Source of the DNA: Myxococcales bacterium
GTDB taxonomy: Bacteria; Myxococcota_A; Polyangia; Polyangiales; Polyangiaceae
NCBI GenBank assembly: GCA_043747615.1
Contig: JAYTOU010000086.1
Span: forward strand, 8,191-72,190
Length of the DNA: 64,000 nt
Direction of reading: 5' to 3'
Under the pieces are notes generated by a model, which did no database searches, had not been told where the DNA came from, and was given only the letters and a program-made list of their open reading frames with translations. The position numbers were made by a program, and so were the translations under genes. This document shows positions 18,692 to 27,833 of the stretch, piece by piece (the first letter of the stretch is position 1; each line of letters starts with the position of its first letter).

Positions 18692-19331
18692 GCTTCGGTG
18701 CAGGCAGGACGGAGCGCGCGGCTTGTATGAAGTCGCGAACGCGCGAGAGGTCCTTTTTCCGAGGGGATCCGGCTTCGACGCCGCTCGCGACATCGACGGC
18801 GAAAGGGCGAACCGCCCAAACGGCGGCAGCCACATTTTCCGGCGTTAGTCCTCCGGCTAGCGTGAGACGCCGCGCGGTTGCGAGATCGCGGACCAGATCC
18901 CAATCGAAGACACGGCCGGTGCCGCCGAGCGCGCCTTCCACATTCGCATCTACCAGAATGTACTCGCCAGGATAAAGCCCCGCGCGCGCCACGTCCCATT
19001 CGCCACCGATGCGTAGCGCCTTGTACGCATGGGGAAGGAGCGCGGCGACCACCTCGGGCCGCTCATTGCCGTGGAGCTGGAGACATCCGAGCCCGGCTGC
19101 GTCCTTCAACGCGCGCATCGCACCGAGCTCTAGATCGGCGACCACCCCCACGACGAGGGCTTGCGTTCCGACGGCGACGGAGATCGCGCGCGACGTCTCG
19201 ACGCTCACGCACCTCGAACTCGACGCAATGAAGTTCACGCCGATGGAGCTCGCTCCAGCTTCGACGCAAGCCAGCGCGTCCGCGACGCTGGTCACTCCGC
19301 AAATCTTTACGTGCACCACGCCTGGAACCAC
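18669..19331 (-). CDS. trpF: Phosphoribosylanthranilate isomerase
   Basis: VKICGVT, QLHGNE, GGTGRVFDW, LAGGLTPENV, VDVASGVE. Confidence 0.93.
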   Translation of the reverse strand: MVPGVVHVKICGVTSVADALACVEAGASSIGVNFIASSSRCVSVETSRAISVAVGTQALVVGVVADLELGAMRALKDAAGLGCLQLHGNERPEVVAALLPHAYKALRIGGEWDVARAGLYPGEYILVDANVEGALGGTGRVFDWDLVRDLATARRLTLAGGLTPENVAAAVWAVRPFAVDVASGVEAGSPRKKDLSRVRDFIQAARSVLPAPKPSRPAED

Positions 19332-19356
19332 GCCTCACAACCTACAACGCTAGCGG

Positions 19357-19746
19357 TCACCCAGGCGGGATCTTGAGAAGCTCTTTCACCTTGGCGATGA
19401 CCTGAGGCGCTTGGATCGGCTTCGTGATGTAGGCGTTGGCCCCGAGATCGATGGCCCGTTGGCGGTCTGCGACAGACCCTTCGGTGGTGATAATGATCAC
19501 TGGCGTGTCTTTGTGCGCCGGGTCGGAGCGGACGCGCTTGACGAGCTTGAGCCCGTCCATGATCGGCATGTTGATGTCCGTGAGGATGATGTCGAACTTC
19601 TGGGCGGCGAGCTTTCGAAGTCCGTCGACGCCGTCGTCGGCCTCGGTCACTCGCAGGTTCTTGATGCGCGAGAGGGCATAGACGATGAGCTGCCTCATCA
19701 TCGGAGAGTCCTCCACCACCAAGCACGAATACTCGACGCTCATCAA
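19357..19746 (-). CDS. Single-domain response regulator (CheY-like)
   Basis: VVEDS, TDINMPIMDG (phosphoacceptor Asp), ITTEG, YITKP. Confidence 0.93.
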   Translation of the reverse strand: MMSVEYSCLVVEDSPMMRQLIVYALSRIKNLRVTEADDGVDGLRKLAAQKFDIILTDINMPIMDGLKLVKRVRSDPAHKDTPVIIITTEGSVADRQRAIDLGANAYITKPIQAPQVIAKVKELLKIPPG

Positions 19747-19792
19747 AAACCTCTCTCAACGCGCTCAGTCGCCGCGCAGGTCATCCAACGCG

Positions 19793-20671
19793 CTATACGC
19801 CCAAATTGTGAAGTGGTTCCAAACCGGGAAGCTTCCCGTCTGCATTGGCGAAGAGCAGCGCGCCCATGAGAGCGGTCGCCGCGTGGGCGCCGAGCATCTT
19901 GAAGAGCTCGAAATCGACGGCGACGAAATCTGCTTTTTGCTCGAGGAGTGAGTAGACCACGATGACGCCGACAACGCGATCGTCAATCCGCATGGGCACG
20001 CACGCCGCGGGGACGTCGTCGGTCTTCGTGCCTGCGTGGATGTAGGGAACGCCGGTCAGAAAAACGCGCTCGATGACGCCGGCCATCCCGGTTTCGGGGG
20101 TCTTCGAACCGACCGTGATTTTCGGTAGCTTGGTAAGGTCGACGCCGTCGCTCGCCACCGCGACCAGCTCTTTCTGTGAAGGATCGGCGACGTAGAACGA
20201 GTGCGCGCGCGCCCCCACGAGTTGCTGGAGGAGCTCCTTCAAATGCTGGACCACCGTCCGCAGCTTGAGCGTCGAGTGTAGCTGGTAGCTCGCGACGTAG
20301 AGGTTTGCCAGGTTCGCGATTTCGGTCTCCATCTCCTCGTACCGTGACGAGAAGCGCGTGGAGACAGCCTGCACCTCGGTCACGCGCGAGAAGAGGAGCT
20401 GCTTTTCCCGCTCGAGCTGCTCGATCTTCCGGAGAAGATCTCGGATCGCCTCGTCGCTCGCGAGCTGGGTGCGCAGCGCTGCGTTCTCATTTTCCACGTC
20501 GCCGAGATGCTTTCGCAGGCGATCGTTCTCGCGCACGAGCTCCTCTGTGAACTCCGCGCCCTTCTTGAAGAACGTGTGGACGAAGGTGTCCCTCTGCTCT
20601 TTGAGGTCCGCGCTCGCGTCGTCGGAGGAGGCCCGCGGTTTGGCCTCCTCTTTTTTCTCCGTCATGCCCAC
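19793..20671 (-). CDS. Coiled-coil plus GAF domain protein
   Basis: N-terminal heptad coiled coil, LANLYVASYQLHSTL, C-terminal GAF fold (ACVPMRIDDRVVGVI...FELFKML). Start may be ATG 20665. Confidence 0.82.
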   Translation of the reverse strand: MGMTEKKEEAKPRASSDDASADLKEQRDTFVHTFFKKGAEFTEELVRENDRLRKHLGDVENENAALRTQLASDEAIRDLLRKIEQLEREKQLLFSRVTEVQAVSTRFSSRYEEMETEIANLANLYVASYQLHSTLKLRTVVQHLKELLQQLVGARAHSFYVADPSQKELVAVASDGVDLTKLPKITVGSKTPETGMAGVIERVFLTGVPYIHAGTKTDDVPAACVPMRIDDRVVGVIVVYSLLEQKADFVAVDFELFKMLGAHAATALMGALLFANADGKLPGLEPLHNLGV

Positions 20672-20678
20672 TAACCTA

Positions 20679-21743
20679 TCACGGCGCGAGCGCTTTCAAC
20701 CATTGCCCAAGCTCGCCCACCACGACCTTCCGCGAGCGCCGAAATGCAGGCAAATCGCGGCTCCCGGTGAGAAGCAAGGCGGCCCGAATCTCGGCTTCGA
20801 CCGCTTCGAGAAAGATCACGGCCGCGGCGCGACCCCCCTCGTGGAGAGCCCTCAAGACAGGACGCGCAATGCCTCCGGCGGTCGCTCCGAGCGCCATGGC
20901 CCGTGCGATGTCGAGCCCGCCCGTGACCCCGCCGGTGGCAACGATGGTCTCGAAGCCGAGGGGTGCGAGGAGGCCGACGCTCGCCGCCGTAGGGATCCCC
21001 CAGTCCCACAGCGCTTCGCCGAGGACGCGTGCGTGCGACTCGTCTTGCTCGGCGGCGCGCTTCGTCTCCACTCCGACCCACGAGGTTCCTCCCGCTCCGG
21101 AGACGTCGACGTGCTTTACGCCCACCGAGCGGAGCCTCGCTCCGAGCTGCGCGGAGATCCCGCAGCCCGTCTCTTTGACGATCACCGGCTTTTCGAGCTC
21201 CTTCACGAGTCGCGCGATGGTGTCGAGACCGCCCCGGAAATCGCGATCGCCCCCGGGCTGCACGAGCTCCATCGCCGGATTCAAATGGATGCAGAGTGCA
21301 TCTGCACCCACGCCGTCTACGAGCGCGGCGACCTCCGCGGTCGTCATCTCGCGGGCCTGGACCACACCGATATTTCCGAGGACGAGCGCCGTCGGAGCCA
21401 CATCCCGCACCCTGTAGGTCGCGCCTGCGCCGCGCACGTGCATGGCCCGCTGGCTGCCGAGGCCGAAGGCGAGACCCCGCTCCTCGGCGATCGATGCGAG
21501 CTCGCGGTTGATCCGTCCTGCCTCGTCCGTCCCCCCGGTCATCGAGGCGATGACGATCGGAGCGCGCAGGCGCTTTCCGAAGAGCGCGAGGGAAGTGTCA
21601 ATCTCCGCAAAGTCGAGGTCGGGGAGCGCGTCGTGAACCAGGCGCACGTCCTCGAGGAGCGTGGACACTTTGCGGAAACCGACGTCCTCCGTTGCGCAGA
21701 GTGTCAGGTGATCCGACTTTCTATCGCCGATCCTACTGCTCAT
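20679..21743 (-). CDS. fni: Type 2 (FMN-dependent) isopentenyl-diphosphate isomerase
   Basis: RKSDH, SMTGG, GLGSQR, HLNPAMELVQPGGD, IVKETGCG, SGAGGTSW, WGIPTA. Confidence 0.94.
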   Translation of the reverse strand: MSSRIGDRKSDHLTLCATEDVGFRKVSTLLEDVRLVHDALPDLDFAEIDTSLALFGKRLRAPIVIASMTGGTDEAGRINRELASIAEERGLAFGLGSQRAMHVRGAGATYRVRDVAPTALVLGNIGVVQAREMTTAEVAALVDGVGADALCIHLNPAMELVQPGGDRDFRGGLDTIARLVKELEKPVIVKETGCGISAQLGARLRSVGVKHVDVSGAGGTSWVGVETKRAAEQDESHARVLGEALWDWGIPTAASVGLLAPLGFETIVATGGVTGGLDIARAMALGATAGGIARPVLRALHEGGRAAAVIFLEAVEAEIRAALLLTGSRDLPAFRRSRKVVVGELGQWLKALAP

Positions 21744-21854
21744 CGAAGGTCCTCTACTTCGCTTTTAGAGTCGCGCCTTCATCATGTCCCTTTATATTTT
21801 TCAAAATAACATGAAACAATATGAAATTACAACGAATTGTCGGCAAAGAGAGCA

Positions 21855-21883
21855 TTGACACAGCCGTACCTCCTCCCTACGAT
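21855..21883 (+). promoter_or_regulatory. Sigma70/SigA-type promoter for the mevalonate operon
   Basis: TTGACA (21855-21860), 17-nt spacer, TACGAT (21878-21883), preceded by an AT-rich tract. Confidence 0.75.
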
Positions 21884-21989
21884 CCAACCACTCGACCGCT
21901 CGAAAGGACCGTTCGTTCAGATGCTGCTGGCGTCGCCACCACCTCCGAGTCATTCCTCCGCGGAAGCGCCAAATGATGCACGTTCGCAC

Positions 21990-23045
21990 ATGAGCTCCCA
22001 TGCCGCGGACGTCGCCAGTGCCGCCTTCCAGATGTTTGCCGAGGCGACCAAGGCCATGGTGGACGCCGACCTGCCGGCCTGGCTCAGTCCCCGTGCTTCG
22101 GAGGCGAGGCGCCATGCGGGTGATGCGGGGATTGTGGCCGACGCCGTTCAGGCCCTCGCGACTCGGGGCGGAAAGCGTGTCCGGGCCGTGCTTCTTCGGG
22201 CCACGTACGAGGCGTGCGGAGGCGCGTCGACGGTGGCCACCGCGCTCATCGCGATCGAGCTCCTCCAGACGTACCTCTTGATCCACGACGACTGGATGGA
22301 CGACGACGACGTGCGTCGCGGCGGTCCGAGCGTCCACGCCATGCTTCGTGAGCGCTTCGGATCGTCTCGCGACGGAGATGTCGCGGGTGTTCTCGCGGGG
22401 GACTATGCCGCCGCGCTCGCGCTCGAGGCGTTGAGCGAGACGCCCGTGGCCGCCGAGCGGGTGACGGAGGCCGTGCGGGAATTTGCGCGGATCCAGGCGA
22501 GCGTCATCATCGGCCAGCTCATTGACGTTCGGGCCGCAGCCAAGGGCGCGCCGGGCGTCGAAGCGATGCACGACTTGAAGACCGGCAGCTACACGGTGCG
22601 TGGTCCCGTGGCTCTCGGAGCGATCCTCGCCGGCGCATCTCCCGACGTTCGCGCCGCGCTCGATGCATTTGCCCGGCCGCTCGGAGTAGCCTTCCAGCTG
22701 CGCGACGATCTGCTGGGCACCTTCGGCGATCCCGCAGCCACCGGGAAGCCGCGGGGCAGCGACATCCGACAAGGCAAGCGCACGTCGATCATCGCGGAGC
22801 TTGAGTCGAGCCCGCTCGCGCAGCCGCTCCTTGCGCGTGCGCACGGCGTTCGTGATGCCGCGGCGGGAGAGGTCGAGGCGCTCGTCGCATGCATGGTCTC
22901 GTCGGGCGCAAAAGCCCGCGTCGAAGCGCGCCTCGCGGTGCTCCTCAGTCAGGCGAGAGCGGCGCTCCTTAGTGCGGGCCTCGCAGCACCTCGCGTGCTC
23001 GTTCTCCAAGGGGCGATCGCGGCGCTCGGGGAGCGTGAGACGTGA
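21990..23045 (+). CDS. Short-chain polyprenyl diphosphate synthase (FPP/GGPP synthase)
   Basis: GGKRVR, FARM YLLIHDDWMDDDDVRRG, GQLID, KTGSY, SARM FQLRDDLLG, TGK...DIRQGKRT. Start chosen downstream of the promoter. Confidence 0.9.
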   Translation: MSSHAADVASAAFQMFAEATKAMVDADLPAWLSPRASEARRHAGDAGIVADAVQALATRGGKRVRAVLLRATYEACGGASTVATALIAIELLQTYLLIHDDWMDDDDVRRGGPSVHAMLRERFGSSRDGDVAGVLAGDYAAALALEALSETPVAAERVTEAVREFARIQASVIIGQLIDVRAAAKGAPGVEAMHDLKTGSYTVRGPVALGAILAGASPDVRAALDAFARPLGVAFQLRDDLLGTFGDPAATGKPRGSDIRQGKRTSIIAELESSPLAQPLLARAHGVRDAAAGEVEALVACMVSSGAKARVEARLAVLLSQARAALLSAGLAAPRVLVLQGAIAALGERET

Positions 23046-24016
23046 CCACGTCGGTGGGCCGCGCCTGCGGCAAAGTGATCTTGCTCGGCGAGCACGCCGT
23101 CGTCTTCGGCATCCCCGCGATTGCCGTGGGGATCGATCGGGGAGCGTCCGCGGCCGCGGGTGACGCCGCAAGTCCGAGCCGTCTCGTCGTTCCAGAGTGG
23201 GAGCTCGATCTGGCCGAGGACGATGAGCACGAGCTCGCGCGCGCCTTTCGTGCTCTCCTCGCGGCGACCGGTCGACCGGGATCGGTCCGGGTCGAAGCGA
23301 GGGCCGACCTGCCCCCGGGCGGCGGTCTCGGATGCTCTGCGGCGCTCGGTGTGGCGATCGCGCGTGCCCTCGATCCTGCCGCCGACGCCGCCCTGACGGC
23401 GAGCCGGGCCATGGCCTGGGAGCGTATCTTCCACGGCAATCCATCGGGGGTCGATGCCGCGGTCGCCGCCGGTGGAGGCTGCGTGCTCTTCCAAAAGGGC
23501 GAGGGCGAGCGGCCGAGCTTGATCGACCCGATTCACGCGCGCGGCGGCCTGTCGCTCGTCATTGGCCACACCGGTCTTGCGTCGAGCACCAAGCTGATGG
23601 TGGAGGCCGTTGCGCGCTTGCGCGAGCGTCGCCCCGACATCGTGAAGAAGACCTTCGAGGGGATCTACGTCCTCGTCAAAAATGCGCGTCTCGCCATCGA
23701 GGCTCGCGATCACTTCGCGCTCGGGCGTCTCATGGATCTCAACCAGATGCTCCTCAGTGGCCTCTTTCTATCGACGCCCGAGATCGAACAGCTGTGCGAT
23801 CTCGCGCGGACCGCGGGCGCGCACGGAGCAAAGCTCACCGGAGCTGGCGGCGGAGGCAGCGTCGTAGCCCTGGTGCCAGGCGCTGCGGCCGGCGCTCGCG
23901 TCCTCGAAGCCTGGGAAAAAGCGGGATTTTCTGGCTTCACCACGCACGTCGCGGAGTCCGACACGGGGAGCCTGGCGGCCGCACACCTCGAAGCCGTCGA
24001 GGCGGCGGAGACATGA
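23042..24016 (+). CDS. mvk: Mevalonate kinase
   Basis: GKVILLGEHAVVFG, PPGGGLGCSAA, HGNPSGVD, GAKLTGAGGGG. Confidence 0.93.
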   Translation: MTTSVGRACGKVILLGEHAVVFGIPAIAVGIDRGASAAAGDAASPSRLVVPEWELDLAEDDEHELARAFRALLAATGRPGSVRVEARADLPPGGGLGCSAALGVAIARALDPAADAALTASRAMAWERIFHGNPSGVDAAVAAGGGCVLFQKGEGERPSLIDPIHARGGLSLVIGHTGLASSTKLMVEAVARLRERRPDIVKKTFEGIYVLVKNARLAIEARDHFALGRLMDLNQMLLSGLFLSTPEIEQLCDLARTAGAHGAKLTGAGGGGSVVALVPGAAAGARVLEAWEKAGFSGFTTHVAESDTGSLAAAHLEAVEAAET

Positions 24017-24969
24017 CGCCACTTCGCGAAGCGACGGCGATCGCTCATCCGAACATCGCCCTCGCGAAGTACTGGGGAAAGATGGAAGGAGAGGGGAACG
24101 TGCCCGCGGTTCCGAGCCTCTCGGTCACCCTCGCGGGCATGCAGACGAAGACGCGCGTCCGCTTCTCGCCCACCCTCAAACGCGACGCGCTCTCCTTAAA
24201 CGGTCGCGAGACCGACGGGGAGCCGCTCGCGCGCGTGTCGGCGCTGCTCGATCGCGTCCGCGGCGAGGCGAAGCTGCAGGCGTTCGCCGAGGTCGAGAGC
24301 CGCAACGATTTTCCGACGGCAAGCGGTCTTGCTTCGAGCGCGTCGGGATTCGCCGCCCTCGCCCTCGCCGCAACGCGAGCCGCGGGGCTGGACTGGACCT
24401 CGGCCGCGGTCAGCGATCTTGCGCGGAGGAGCTCGGCAAGCGCAGCACGCAGCGTCTTCGGCGGTTTCGTCCAGCTCGAAGGCGCGGCATGCAGCGTCGT
24501 TGCCCCTGCAAATCAGCTCGATTTGCACGTTCTAGTGTGTGTGACCACCGAAGGACCGAAGGCCGTGGGCTCGACGTCGGCAATGAACGAGACACGCACC
24601 AAGAGCCCCTACTACGCGGCGTGGCTCACGGAGGCCCCGCAGATTTTCGCGCACCTCCGCGACGCCCTCCTCGCGAAGGATTTCGCGTCGCTGGGAGCGC
24701 TCACCGAACGGAGCGCGTTCGCCATGCACGCCTGTGCGTTCGCGGCCGGCATCACGTTCTTCAATCAGGCGACCCTCGATGTCCTCGCGCACGTTCGCAC
24801 TCTGCGCGCTTCCTCGATCGGCGCGTTTGCCACGATGGATGCCGGGCCTCACGTGAAGGTCCTCGTCCTCGGCGAAAATCACACGCGCGCTGAGCGCTCT
24901 CTCTCTGCCATTCCGGGTGTGCTCCGCGTCCTACACACTCGGCCGGGCGAAGGCGCGCGCATCGTATGA
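24013..24969 (+). CDS. mvaD: Diphosphomevalonate decarboxylase
   Basis: AHPNIALAKYWGK, NDFPTASGLASSASGFAAL, SASAARS..GGF, TMDAGPHVK. Confidence 0.93.
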   Translation: MTPLREATAIAHPNIALAKYWGKMEGEGNVPAVPSLSVTLAGMQTKTRVRFSPTLKRDALSLNGRETDGEPLARVSALLDRVRGEAKLQAFAEVESRNDFPTASGLASSASGFAALALAATRAAGLDWTSAAVSDLARRSSASAARSVFGGFVQLEGAACSVVAPANQLDLHVLVCVTTEGPKAVGSTSAMNETRTKSPYYAAWLTEAPQIFAHLRDALLAKDFASLGALTERSAFAMHACAFAAGITFFNQATLDVLAHVRTLRASSIGAFATMDAGPHVKVLVLGENHTRAERSLSAIPGVLRVLHTRPGEGARIV

Positions 24970-25892
24970 AAACGGTCGTCGCTCCGGGAAAAATGGTGCT
25001 CACCGGCGCCTATGCCGTCCTCGAAGGCGCGCCGGCCATCGTCATCGCGGTTGATCGCTACGCAAAGGCCGACTCGTCGCGCGTCGCCGATCGTCCGAGC
25101 GCCGAGGTCGTCGACGCGCTTGGCGAGACCCCCGCGCCTTCGTGCGACGCGAGCGCTCTCTACCACGAAGGATCAAAGCTCGGCCTCGGCTCCAGCGCAG
25201 CGGTCCTCGTTGCTTCCCTTGGGGCCGACGCCGCCAAGCGAGGTCTCGATCCGAGCGATCCGGACGTACGCTCGAAAATTTTTCGCCGCGCAAGGGAGTC
25301 ACACGCACGCGTGCAAGGCGGCGGAAGCGGCGTCGACATAGCGGCGAGCACGTACGGCGGCATCCTCCGCTACACGCTACACGCAAACCGCCCGTGGATC
25401 CTGGAGAGCGCGTTGCCCGAGGGGCTCGTCATCTCCGCATTTTTCAGCGGGAAAAGCGCGAGCACGAGCAATCTTCTCGGGCTCGTGGGCGAGCTCAAAG
25501 CGCGGGATCCGGAAGGGCATCAGCGGGTCTTCGCGAGCCTCGGTTACGCGGCGGAGCTCGCGGCCAAGCTGATGGATGGCGGATCGATTCGGGAGTTCGT
25601 GGGGGCGACGCGCGCGTTCCTCGAAGCGCTCGACGAGCTCGGTGAGATGGCCGAGGCTCCGATCGTTCCGCTTTCCTTCAAGCGCCTCGCGATCATCGCG
25701 TCCGAAGAAGAGGGCGTCTTCCTCCCGTCCGGCGCCGGCGGCGGTGACGTGGGCGTCTTTCTCGGACCGGCCTCGCCAAGCGAGAATTTCACGAGCCGCG
25801 CCAAGCTTCTTGGTATGCAGCCGCTCGCGATCGGAATCGATCGCCTCGGCCTACGCGTTTCCCCTGAGTCCGCTCCTTCCGACCTTAACTGA
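24966..25892 (+). CDS. Phosphomevalonate kinase (GHMP family)
   Basis: APGKMVLTGAYAVL, KLGLGSSAA, QGGGSGVDIAASTYGG, PSGAGGGD; position in the MVA operon. Confidence 0.85.
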   Translation: MKTVVAPGKMVLTGAYAVLEGAPAIVIAVDRYAKADSSRVADRPSAEVVDALGETPAPSCDASALYHEGSKLGLGSSAAVLVASLGADAAKRGLDPSDPDVRSKIFRRARESHARVQGGGSGVDIAASTYGGILRYTLHANRPWILESALPEGLVISAFFSGKSASTSNLLGLVGELKARDPEGHQRVFASLGYAAELAAKLMDGGSIREFVGATRAFLEALDELGEMAEAPIVPLSFKRLAIIASEEEGVFLPSGAGGGDVGVFLGPASPSENFTSRAKLLGMQPLAIGIDRLGLRVSPESAPSDLN

Positions 25893-25911
25893 GAACCGAG
25901 GAATTTTTCCC

Positions 25912-27246
25912 ATGGCCAGAACATCTCGATTGCCCGGCTTTTACAAGATCACCGTCCTCGAGCGTCGCGCGCTCGTGAGCGACGTGACGGGCACCGACAT
26001 GGCGGAGATGGAGCGTGCATTCGAAGGCGGAGGGCTCGACGCCGACACCGCAGACAAGTTCGTGGAGAACGTCCTCGGCACGTACGCGCTTCCGTATGGC
26101 GTCGCCCTCAACGTGCGCGTCAATGGTCACGACTACGTGGTCCCTATGGTCGTCGAAGAGCCGAGCGTAGTCGCTGCGGCGTCGAACGCGGCAAAGATGG
26201 TGCGCGAGTGCGGCGGCTTCGTGGCGGAGATCGATTCCCCGCTGATGGTCAGCCAGATTCAGCTCACTCAGGTCGATGACGCGTTCGGGGCAGAGCAGCG
26301 AATCCTCGAGAAAAAGATGGAAATTCTGGCTCTCGCCGATCGTGCGATCCCGGGTCTCTTGGCTCGCGGCGGCGGGGCTCGCGAGCTCGAAGTGCGTCAC
26401 CTCGGCACGCCCGAGGATCGCATGATGGTCGTTCACGTCACCGTCGACTGCCGCGACGCAATGGGTGCGAACCTCGTCAACGGCGTGGCCGAAGCCGTCG
26501 CCGATCGCCTGGCCGAGCTTGCTCACGGCAAGGTCGGACTTCGCATCCTCACCAACCTTTGCGACAAGCGGTGCGTGCGCATCTCCTGCCGAATACAGGC
26601 CTCTGCGTTGGCCACGGAGGACATGGACGGCGAAGCGGTGATCGACGGCATCGTCAATGCCTCGCGCTTTGCGGAGCTCGACCCTTACCGCGCGGCAACC
26701 CACAACAAGGGCATCATGAACGGCATCGACGCCGTAGTGATCGCCACCGGAAATGACTGGCGCGCAGTGGAAGCCGGTGCCCACGCCTTTGCGGCACGAA
26801 GCGGCCGCTACTCGCCGCTCGCAACGTGGGCGCGCGAAGGAAGCGCCCTCATCGGAAAGCTCGAGCTACCCATGGCCCTCGGCACCGTCGGCGGCACGTT
26901 GCGCGTGCATCCCGCGGCGCGGCTCTCTCTCCGGTTGCTCGGCGTGAAGAACGCGGGCGAGCTCGGGGCGATCGCCGCTTCGGTCGGTCTCGCGAACAAT
27001 CTTTCGGCCGTCCGCGCCCTCGCCACGGACGGGATCCAGCGCGGCCACATGGGTCTCCACGCGCGCTCGGTCGCCGTCGCCGCGGGAGCAAGCGGCGGTC
27101 TCGTCGAGCGCGTCGCCGCGATGATCGTCGAAGCGCGGGACATCACGCTCGAAGCCGCACGACGCGCCCTCGAAGTGCTGAGCGCGCCCGGGTTCGATCC
27201 GGTGGTTCAGGCCGAAGCGCCCTCCAGCGATTCGCTCGAAGACTAG
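25912..27246 (+). CDS. mvaA: HMG-CoA reductase, class II
   Basis: SRLPGFYK, ENVLG, PMVVEEPSVVAAAS, DAMGAN, RAATHNKGIMNG, GNDWRAVEAG, GIQRGHM. Confidence 0.95.
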   Translation: MARTSRLPGFYKITVLERRALVSDVTGTDMAEMERAFEGGGLDADTADKFVENVLGTYALPYGVALNVRVNGHDYVVPMVVEEPSVVAAASNAAKMVRECGGFVAEIDSPLMVSQIQLTQVDDAFGAEQRILEKKMEILALADRAIPGLLARGGGARELEVRHLGTPEDRMMVVHVTVDCRDAMGANLVNGVAEAVADRLAELAHGKVGLRILTNLCDKRCVRISCRIQASALATEDMDGEAVIDGIVNASRFAELDPYRAATHNKGIMNGIDAVVIATGNDWRAVEAGAHAFAARSGRYSPLATWAREGSALIGKLELPMALGTVGGTLRVHPAARLSLRLLGVKNAGELGAIAASVGLANNLSAVRALATDGIQRGHMGLHARSVAVAAGASGGLVERVAAMIVEARDITLEAARRALEVLSAPGFDPVVQAEAPSSDSLED

Positions 27247-27249
27247 CAA

Positions 27250-27804
27250 GTGATCATCCTCTACATCGCGGCGCTCGTTGCTTCAGGAGGAGCCGTCATG
27301 CTTCAGGTCCTCGCGGGACACGGCGACGTAGGCGGTGGTCACGACGCCGGGCCTACCCATGATGCCGACCACGATGCGGGGTTGTGGTCGCTCGTGGCGA
27401 GCGTGCGATTCTGGTCTTTCCTCTTCCTCGCGTTCGGCTTGGTCGGCACGCTCCTCACGCTCTTTCAGCTCGCGGGGCCGGCGGTCACCTTCGGGCTCGC
27501 GCTCGCCTCCGGCTTCGGCTCGGGAACGTTCGCGGTCACCGTCATTCGACGTCTTCTCACCCGGTCGGCATCGAGCAACGTCACGCGCGGCGAGGGCATC
27601 GTCGGTCGTATGGGTCGCGTCATCGTGCCTCCGTCAGCCGAGCGGCGCGGTAAAATCCGGGTCGAAGTGAAGGGGTCCGTTGTCGACTACGTTGCGCGCT
27701 CCTCCGAGCTGCTCACCGAAGGCGACGCCGTAATCATCGAGGAATACGAGGACTCGGAGGTCGTGGTGAGCCGCGCTCCAACGGAGCTCAAACTCAAGGC
27801 TTGA
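27250..27804 (+). CDS. NfeD-like membrane protein with C-terminal OB fold
   Basis: TM helices with a His/Asp/Gly loop; C-terminal VGRMGRVIVP...GKIRVEVKG; directly upstream of flotillins. Confidence 0.82.
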   Translation: MIILYIAALVASGGAVMLQVLAGHGDVGGGHDAGPTHDADHDAGLWSLVASVRFWSFLFLAFGLVGTLLTLFQLAGPAVTFGLALASGFGSGTFAVTVIRRLLTRSASSNVTRGEGIVGRMGRVIVPPSAERRGKIRVEVKGSVVDYVARSSELLTEGDAVIIEEYEDSEVVVSRAPTELKLKA

Positions 27805-27833
27805 GCTGGACAGGGTGGGTGTATCCTCCCGCG

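Noticed and set aside
21800..21860. CarA/CarH-type 11-bp repeat operator
   Set aside because: The ACA cores are not spaced at 11 bp and there are no carotenoid genes in the window.
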